DNA of 64,000 nt from a virus (taxonomy: Duplodnaviria > Caudoviricetes). A program made the translations under genes and the position numbers. Shown here piece by piece: positions 58,297-64,000 of this stretch. How positions within the stretch are numbered: the first letter of the stretch is position 1; every line of letters begins with the position of its first letter. The stretch spans positions 1,765-65,764 of the IMG/VR virus record IMGVR_UViG_2917752670_000006, one strand, 5' to 3'. The notes beneath the pieces are model-generated. The model made no database searches and was not told where the DNA came from. It saw only the letters and a list, made by a program, of their open reading frames with translations.

Positions 58297-59696
58297 CAGT
58301 CGTCACCACCTGGCAGGTGGGTCAGCAGCCGGTGCCACAGTTCAGCGGACGGCTCGCGTGCCCCGGTCAATGGTTCGGCGGCGAGGGACCGCACTCGGTC
58401 TAGCGCCCAGTCGTGCGGCTGCCCGGCCCGCTCAGCGTAGACCAAGACCCAACGGGCCAGCGTGTCCGCTTCGAGAGGCAGGCGGGCTTCTCGGACAAGC
58501 GGACCTAGTGGGCCGCGCACCGCTAGCGCAACTTCCCCGGGCAGGTCTCCGACGGGCCAGCCGTCGGGGGTAGGGAAGGGAAGGGTATTAGGGAGGGGGC
58601 ACATTTCTACACCTGTTCGGCGCCTTGAATTGGGCCTGTTGGGACCCCTGTTGGGACCCCCGTTGGGACCCCCGTTCAGACCTGGCAGGTTGGTCGTGTT
58701 TTGGGCCTGTTGTGCCCCCTGTTGTGCCCCCTGTTGGGACCCCCGTTCAGACCTGGCAGGTTGGTCGTGTTTTGGGCCTGTTGTGCCCCCTGTTCGGTGC
58801 GCTGCATGGGCAGTGAGGAAGTCCAACGCATACACCGTTGCTCGCTTCCCTCGATGCAAGGGCATGCATTCGGTTTCCATATGTGTGAGGAAGGCAGCCA
58901 CAACATCGCTTGGGTTGTCCTGGCTGTCTGTTGCTGGCAGCCACCGGGCCAGTGCCCTCGCGGGAGCGGCGTCGGTGCGGGGCCTGTCCTCTGCCCAGGC
59001 GCAGGCTGTCTCAGGGCTCAGGTTCTGGCCTTGGCTGTCCAGGTCTGCGAGCATGCGGGTAAGGGCTTGCCTGTAGGTGGCTAGGGTCGAAGCGCTGTAG
59101 CCGTTCCCCGTGGCCTGTGGCTGCACTACGCCGATGGCGTCTAGCGTGGCGAGCGTGGCGGCCAGGCTCTTTCGGTTGAGCCCGGTCCAGGCTGCCAGTT
59201 CCGCTCTCGTGGCTGTCACGGCCAGGCCGTCGGTCGAGGCCAGGGCGAGCACGAGGGAGACGAGCCGGACGCTGACAGGTTGGCTAGCCAGAGCCGTACA
59301 GGCCGTCCAGTCCGTGACCGCTGGGCGCTCGCCCGTGACAGTGAGCGGCTGGGTGTGCTCGTAGGTGTGGGCGTGCTCGGACCATGCGGGCGTGAAGGCG
59401 TAGCGGGTACGCCATCCTTCCCCTGCACGGGTGCGTGATGTCGTCACGAGCGGGTCCGTGCCAGCCGGTGGGGTGCGTAGATCGCACAGGGCGCGGCGGA
59501 CGGTGGTCAACGGAAGGTGCCCCCATCCTGCGAGATTGTCGCGTCCGGGGGCGGTGCCTTTGCCGTAGTCGTCAGCGGCCAGCAGGTAGGCCACGAGTTT
59601 GGCCGATGGTGTCAGGGGGTATCGGTCTGAGGCGATGGCTGCGCTGACTGTGGCGACGTGCGGGCGGGCACCGTCAACTGTGAGGTGGCCCGACAT
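58296..59696 (-). CDS. Putative replication initiator (two wHTH-like segments, internal repeats)
   Basis: SAKLV..LA..LA.W..TVRRAL..L; ATRAELAAWTGLNRKSL; repeat block inside; follows the excisionase-like gene. Confidence 0.55.
   Translation of the reverse strand: MSGHLTVDGARPHVATVSAAIASDRYPLTPSAKLVAYLLAADDYGKGTAPGRDNLAGWGHLPLTTVRRALCDLRTPPAGTDPLVTTSRTRAGEGWRTRYAFTPAWSEHAHTYEHTQPLTVTGERPAVTDWTACTALASQPVSVRLVSLVLALASTDGLAVTATRAELAAWTGLNRKSLAATLATLDAIGVVQPQATGNGYSASTLATYRQALTRMLADLDSQGQNLSPETACAWAEDRPRTDAAPARALARWLPATDSQDNPSDVVAAFLTHMETECMPLHRGKRATVYALDFLTAHAAHRTGGTTGPKHDQPARSERGSQQGAQQGAQQAQNTTNLPGLNGGPNGGPNRGPNRPNSRRRTGVEMCPLPNTLPFPTPDGWPVGDLPGEVALAVRGPLGPLVREARLPLEADTLARWVLVYAERAGQPHDWALDRVRSLAAEPLTGAREPSAELWHRLLTHLPGGDD
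58633..58795. repeat. Iteron-like repeats: 12-bp units plus a 71-bp duplication
   Basis: CTGTTG(G/T)G(A/C)CCC units; CAGACCTGGCAGGTTGGTCGTGTTTTGGGCC at 58677 and 58748. Confidence 0.85.
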
Positions 59697-59699
59697 GGC

Positions 59700-60161
59700 T
59701 TAGCCTCGAAGGCTCAGCGGGACGCGTGCGGGGGCGGTGTTGGCGTCGATCCACGCGGCTACGGCGGTTGCGGGAACCTGGCACGAACGCACCGTTCCCA
59801 CACGCGGCAACTCGCCATCACGGATCAGCCGGTTAACAGTAGACAGACTGACGCTCAGGCATTGAGCGACCTCGTTGGGGCGCAGCATGGCGGGCACGTC
59901 TACCGTGGCCGGGCCAGCCACGGTGAGGAAGGTGCGGCGGCAGTCAGCAGTCATGCCGCGCGTGGCGTAGTCCAGCACGGCGGCAGCCGGGATGCGTGGG
60001 CGGGTCCCGATACGCAGGACGGGCAGGGCGCCGTCACTGAGCCAGCGAGTGACCGTGATCGGGTGAACGCGGCAGATTCCTGCCGCGTTGGAGCGGGTCA
60101 GCAGAAGCGGCAGGGTGACGGTCGGGGTACCAATTGGGCGCAGAGGGTTAGGGGTAGGCAT
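59700..60161 (-). CDS. Tandem HTH_17 excisionase-like protein
   Basis: LLT...AAGICRVHPITVTRWL..G.LP and MLRPNEVAQCLSVSLSTVNRLIRDGELP; GAGGA RBS. Confidence 0.8.
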   Translation of the reverse strand: MPTPNPLRPIGTPTVTLPLLLTRSNAAGICRVHPITVTRWLSDGALPVLRIGTRPRIPAAAVLDYATRGMTADCRRTFLTVAGPATVDVPAMLRPNEVAQCLSVSLSTVNRLIRDGELPRVGTVRSCQVPATAVAAWIDANTAPARVPLSLRG

Positions 60162-60253
60162 GGCTTGGGTGTCCTCTCAGGGGTACGGGTGTACTGAGAG
60201 GCCGCCGGGCACCTGTGCCGGTGGTGTGGTGTGAGGGCTCGCCTAACGGGGTT

Positions 60254-61096
60254 TCAGGCGGCCAGGGTGAAACGGGCGCAACTGCCCTCACCCACCGGCG
60301 CAGGGGCCACGGTGGGAGGGGCAGCGGTCAGGACCGCGCGCGTCAGGCTGACCAGGACGGGCCGCCACGGTGGCGGCCATGCGTCAGTGCTAGATGCCCG
60401 GCGCCATGTTGGCGCGGGTACGTCATCGAGGCCGGGGACGAACTCAGGTAACGGCGAGAGCGTAGCCGTGTCGTGTAGGGCGCGCTCGGCGTGGTAGGCG
60501 TAAAACTCTCTGCACTGACGCGCCAACTCTGCATGGCGAACAAAAGCGCGCATTGAGCAGCGCGGATGTGGGCGGCGTCGGAGACGGAACTGCCCAAGGG
60601 GACGTAGTAGGCGCCCGGCGGTGTGCCCGCTTAGGTCCTCCCATTCATCCAGCCATCTTTCCACGATGGGGAGACACTGCGAGGACGTTGGTTCAGATTC
60701 CACGACTCGCCGGGGAGCACCTTGGGCCTGCCGAATCCGTGCGGCTCGCGCTGCGCGACGGCTGGCTGACCATTCGCCCCGTGGGGTGTGCAGGTTCGAC
60801 AGTTCGAAGGCCAGCCAGGCCGCAGAGCGCTCGGCAGCGAGGATGATATGAGGCGACAGCCCGGAAACGCGCAACGATGTAGCCGCGTCGTTGAGCGCAG
60901 TGCACACGCGCAACACGGTGTCATCCACATTGAGGCGCCACTGCTTACGGGGGCGGTGGTCACCGGAGAGTTCGTCGATGAGGGCGGCAACGTCGGGGTG
61001 GGACGTGATGAGCGGGTGCAGCCGTGCCAGGCGACGGCCCAGCGCGCGCGGTGCGTGCGAGGGGTTGGGCCGTGGTCGGCGGTGGCTGCGTGTCAT
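60254..61096 (-). CDS. Hypothetical protein
   Basis: About 280-codon ORF co-oriented with the element; family not recognised. Confidence 0.5.
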   Translation of the reverse strand: MTRSHRRPRPNPSHAPRALGRRLARLHPLITSHPDVAALIDELSGDHRPRKQWRLNVDDTVLRVCTALNDAATSLRVSGLSPHIILAAERSAAWLAFELSNLHTPRGEWSASRRAARAARIRQAQGAPRRVVESEPTSSQCLPIVERWLDEWEDLSGHTAGRLLRPLGQFRLRRRPHPRCSMRAFVRHAELARQCREFYAYHAERALHDTATLSPLPEFVPGLDDVPAPTWRRASSTDAWPPPWRPVLVSLTRAVLTAAPPTVAPAPVGEGSCARFTLAA

Positions 61097-61152
61097 GGGT
61101 GAGAGCATGGCGCGGTCGTTTACCTAGGGCAAGCAGATTCGGCGTGTGGTTC

Positions 61153-62532
61153 TCATTTGGTCCGATTTTTCCCACGTTCAGGCCTTGAAGCGGGGCGGGG
61201 CAGGGCGGCGTATTCGCTGCGCTGTGCCACGGCGGCGATGACGGCGCGCAGTTGGTCGGCGTCGGTTGCTACGTAGCGTTGTGTGGTGGTGGGGCTTGCG
61301 TGGCCTAGGAGTCGTTGGACGGAGAACAGGTCTCGCGTGGCGTCGTAGGCGGTGGTGGCGAAGCGGTGGCGCAGGGCGTGCAGGGTGTAGGGCGAGGGGA
61401 TCAGGTGGCGCACGCTGTCTGCCACGCGTTCGGCGCTGAGGTGTGAGCCTTGTCCGTTGGGTAGGGCGTAGCCGTGTGGGTCTGCGTTGGTGGCGTCGGT
61501 CAGGAGGGCGGCTAGGCCCGGGGCGAGGGGTACTAGTCGCTGCTTGGAGCCTTTGCCGTGGACGGCTAGGACGGTGCCGCCTGAGGTATGTAGGAGGTCG
61601 CGGGCGTGGATGGTGGCGATCTCTGCGCGGCGTAGGCCTGCCTCGGCTGCGCAGCGCAGTATCAGGGTCTGCCGTGCGTCAGCGGCGGCCAGCGCCTGGC
61701 ATAGGAGGTCGTCGGGCAGCGGGTGGGGGTTGGGGCCGGGGCGGCGCACGGGTGGGATCACGTCAGCCGGTGAGGTGGTGAGGTGTCCGGCGGCAACACC
61801 CCAGGCGTAGAAGGCGCGCAGGGTGGTGCGTAGGGAGTGGCGGGTTTCTAGTGCGATCTCGCGGTCTGTGTACCACTGAAGCAGGGCGGGAGTGTTCACC
61901 GACCACGGGCCATGTTCGGCGTCGGGGATGGTGCGTGCTAGGTGTGCGAGTTGCTCGCGGGACTTTTTCCGGGATGTGGTGGCGCGGCCTTGGATGCGTT
62001 CGAAGGCCATGAACGCGGTGATCGCTTCCTCCCATACGGGTGGGACGGGTGCGGCGACCGGGCCGGTCCGGCGCACGGGGGCGCGGTCCTGGGCGTGGGG
62101 TTCGTCGAGTCCGGGCACGTCCTCGCACTCAGGCGGGGCGGTGCGCGGGATCGGGGGCAGGTGGCGGGCGGGGCTGGTTGAGATGTAGCCCCTGGCCTGG
62201 GCCCAGGCGAAGAAGCCTCGCAGGGTGTAGCGGATGCCTCGGCGGGTGGCGTGGGCTAGGTCGAGGCTGTCGAGCCATGTCAGCAGGTCGGGGGCGGTGA
62301 TGGTGCCGGGGGTGTGGTCGGGGTGGTCTAGGGCGAGGCGTCGCAGGTGGCCGCGTCGGGCGGTCAGGGTGGTGGGCTTGGTGCCTGTCTTGGCGCACTC
62401 GGCCAGGTAGACCCTGATCAGGCTGTCCCAGGCCGGGGGCAGGGGTGGGGCGTCGGGGCGTCCGTTGGGTCCCTGTGCCTCATTCAGTGGGCGGTGCACG
62501 GGGGCGGCGGAGTGGTGGTTCCGGGCGGTCAC
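61153..62532 (-). CDS. XerC-like tyrosine recombinase with duplicated core-binding domain
   Basis: Two W..I..T..R..L..LA..LR.F.AW..G...SPA..PP units; GLRRAE, GKGSKQR, HALRH, LGH, Y. Confidence 0.88.
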   Translation of the reverse strand: MTARNHHSAAPVHRPLNEAQGPNGRPDAPPLPPAWDSLIRVYLAECAKTGTKPTTLTARRGHLRRLALDHPDHTPGTITAPDLLTWLDSLDLAHATRRGIRYTLRGFFAWAQARGYISTSPARHLPPIPRTAPPECEDVPGLDEPHAQDRAPVRRTGPVAAPVPPVWEEAITAFMAFERIQGRATTSRKKSREQLAHLARTIPDAEHGPWSVNTPALLQWYTDREIALETRHSLRTTLRAFYAWGVAAGHLTTSPADVIPPVRRPGPNPHPLPDDLLCQALAAADARQTLILRCAAEAGLRRAEIATIHARDLLHTSGGTVLAVHGKGSKQRLVPLAPGLAALLTDATNADPHGYALPNGQGSHLSAERVADSVRHLIPSPYTLHALRHRFATTAYDATRDLFSVQRLLGHASPTTTQRYVATDADQLRAVIAAVAQRSEYAALPRPASRPERGKNRTK

Positions 62533-62614
62533 GAGAGTTCTCCTAGGCAGGCGGGTGCCGGTGGGGCCGGGGCGCGGCCTGTGGGGCGGGCGTCCTACGG
62601 CGGCGTGTGGGTGG

Positions 62615-64000
62615 TCAGGCGCTGAGGCGGTGCAGGGGCACGACGTTGGTGGGGGTGGCGGCGTAGGTGTCCAGGGCGGCGGCGATCTGTGCGTCCCGGC
62701 CCGCTAGGGCGTGCTGGTAGATGGCGGCGGCGCGTGGTGAGGCGTGGCCGATGCGGGCCTGCAACTCGGCCATGGTGGCGCCGCTGATGGCGGCCAGGGT
62801 GGCGCCGGTGTGGCGCAGGTGGTGCCATGTGACGTCGTCGCGCCCGATGGCTGCGCGGGCGGTAGCCATGGCAGTGGACCGGTTGGACGCCTGAACCGGG
62901 TTCCCATTGGCGGTAGTAAATGCCAGGGCGTCGGGGCCGGGGGCGGTGCAGGTGTCGAGGTGGTGGGCCAGGGCGCGGGCGACGGTGGCCGGGATGGTGA
63001 CGGTACGGCGCCCGGCGGCGGTCTTTGGCTCACCTATCGCAGGCTGCCAGCTACGGTTGCGCGTCTGAGTGCGGGCGACTGTCACGGTGGGGTTGGCTGG
63101 GTCGCTGAGGTCGATGTCTCGGCGTCGTAGGGCGAACACCTCGCCGGGGCGCAGTCCTGAGTAGGCGGCCAGCAGTGTGGCGGCTCGGAGGTGTGGCGGC
63201 ATGGCGGCTGCCAGGGCCGAGACCTCGGCGGGCGTCAGCGGCTTGCGCTCAGGGGCGCGTGAGGTGCCTGCGCCTCGCACGCGGGCAGGGTTGTGGTCGA
63301 TCAGCCCGTCCTCCACGGCCTGGTTGAGGACGGTTCGCAGCAGCCTGTAGGCCTGGGAGGCCTGGCAGCGGCCTGGGCGACGTCCGGTGTCCTCCTGGAG
63401 GTCCGGGGCTGGCTGAGGGCGTCCAGCGGCCTGCCAGGCGGCCAGGACGGCGCGGGGCAGGCGCCCGGTGGCCGGTACGTCGATCCCACTGTCCTTCGCC
63501 CATGCACGGGCGGGGTGGGTGCGGCGGGTGGCGCGCACGGCGGCGGTCGTGGTGCGTGTGGTGGCTGAGCGGTCGAGTTGCTCGCACAGGGCGGCGTGCC
63601 AGTCGCGCACGAGCGGGGTGGTGATCTGTGCGAGCGGCACCGTGGACAGGTCAACGGTGGTGGCCGGGCTGGTTCCGACGGGGGCGAGGATGAAGCAGCG
63701 TGCCAGGCGGTCGTACAGGCCCAGGGTCGAGGGACGCAGTTCGGCGGCTCGGTGGGTCAGGAAGGTAGGGATGTACTCGGCCAGTGTCGTGGGGGCTGTG
63801 AGGGTGGGGGCTGTCCAGGTGCCGCGCAGCACGTCAGCCTGTACGCCGATCAGCCAGGCCTCTGCCTGGGCGCGGGTGTCGAAGGTGGTGGGGGCTGAGT
63901 GACGTCTGCCGTCGGGGCCGGTGTACCGCACCCGGAAGCGTCCTGAGGGCAGGCCGGTCACGGTACCGAAGGCCGAGTGCATAGGCTTGCGCCGTGGCAT
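62615..64000 (-). CDS. Tyrosine integrase A (paralogue of B) with inserted Lsr2-type DNA-binding domain
   Basis: Same architecture as 56246..57598; RAWAKDSGIDVPATGRLPRAVLAAW insert; HHLRH..GH..Y. Confidence 0.92.
   Translation of the reverse strand: MPRRKPMHSAFGTVTGLPSGRFRVRYTGPDGRRHSAPTTFDTRAQAEAWLIGVQADVLRGTWTAPTLTAPTTLAEYIPTFLTHRAAELRPSTLGLYDRLARCFILAPVGTSPATTVDLSTVPLAQITTPLVRDWHAALCEQLDRSATTRTTTAAVRATRRTHPARAWAKDSGIDVPATGRLPRAVLAAWQAAGRPQPAPDLQEDTGRRPGRCQASQAYRLLRTVLNQAVEDGLIDHNPARVRGAGTSRAPERKPLTPAEVSALAAAMPPHLRAATLLAAYSGLRPGEVFALRRRDIDLSDPANPTVTVARTQTRNRSWQPAIGEPKTAAGRRTVTIPATVARALAHHLDTCTAPGPDALAFTTANGNPVQASNRSTAMATARAAIGRDDVTWHHLRHTGATLAAISGATMAELQARIGHASPRAAAIYQHALAGRDAQIAAALDTYAATPTNVVPLHRLSA

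Larger units (their letters stand above)
55936..64000 (-). mobile_element. tRNA-Gly-integrated element with three tyrosine recombinases (continues beyond the window)
   Basis: att fragment, arm-type repeats, integrases, excisionase-like and Rep-like genes. Confidence 0.85.

Noticed and set aside
58633-58795. CRISPR-like repeats
   Set aside because: No unique spacers; short tandem units inside an ORF

Overview
High-GC actinobacterial DNA (Actinomycetaceae/Propionibacteriaceae-like) made up almost entirely of two mobile elements. (1) About 0.8-55.8 kb is a decaying HK97-type siphoviral prophage with large serine recombinases. On the minus strand it carries lysis, tail, head, packaging, methylase/MetK, SNF2/primase/PolA replication and sigma-like genes. 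On the plus strand it carries an intact defence block: an ABC three-component (Lamassu-like) system, an HTH gene and type I R-M. Many core genes have stops, deletions or frameshifts, while most morons are intact. (2) From about 55.9 kb to the window end is a small element bounded by the 3' half of tRNA-Gly(CCC). It encodes three tyrosine recombinases, a double-HTH excisionase-like protein and a repeat-containing Rep-like protein. Most unusual signals: (a) a cluster of self-contained promoter-hairpin-U-tract units (candidate small RNAs) around an Abi-like HEPN gene in the tail operon, possibly an RNA antitoxin plus decoy antitoxin RNAs; (b) two paralogous integrases with an Lsr2-type DNA-binding domain inserted in the core-binding domain; (c) several exactly spaced, repeated promoter/operator motifs that outline a phage regulatory circuit. 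Family names come from motif recognition by eye, not from database searches.
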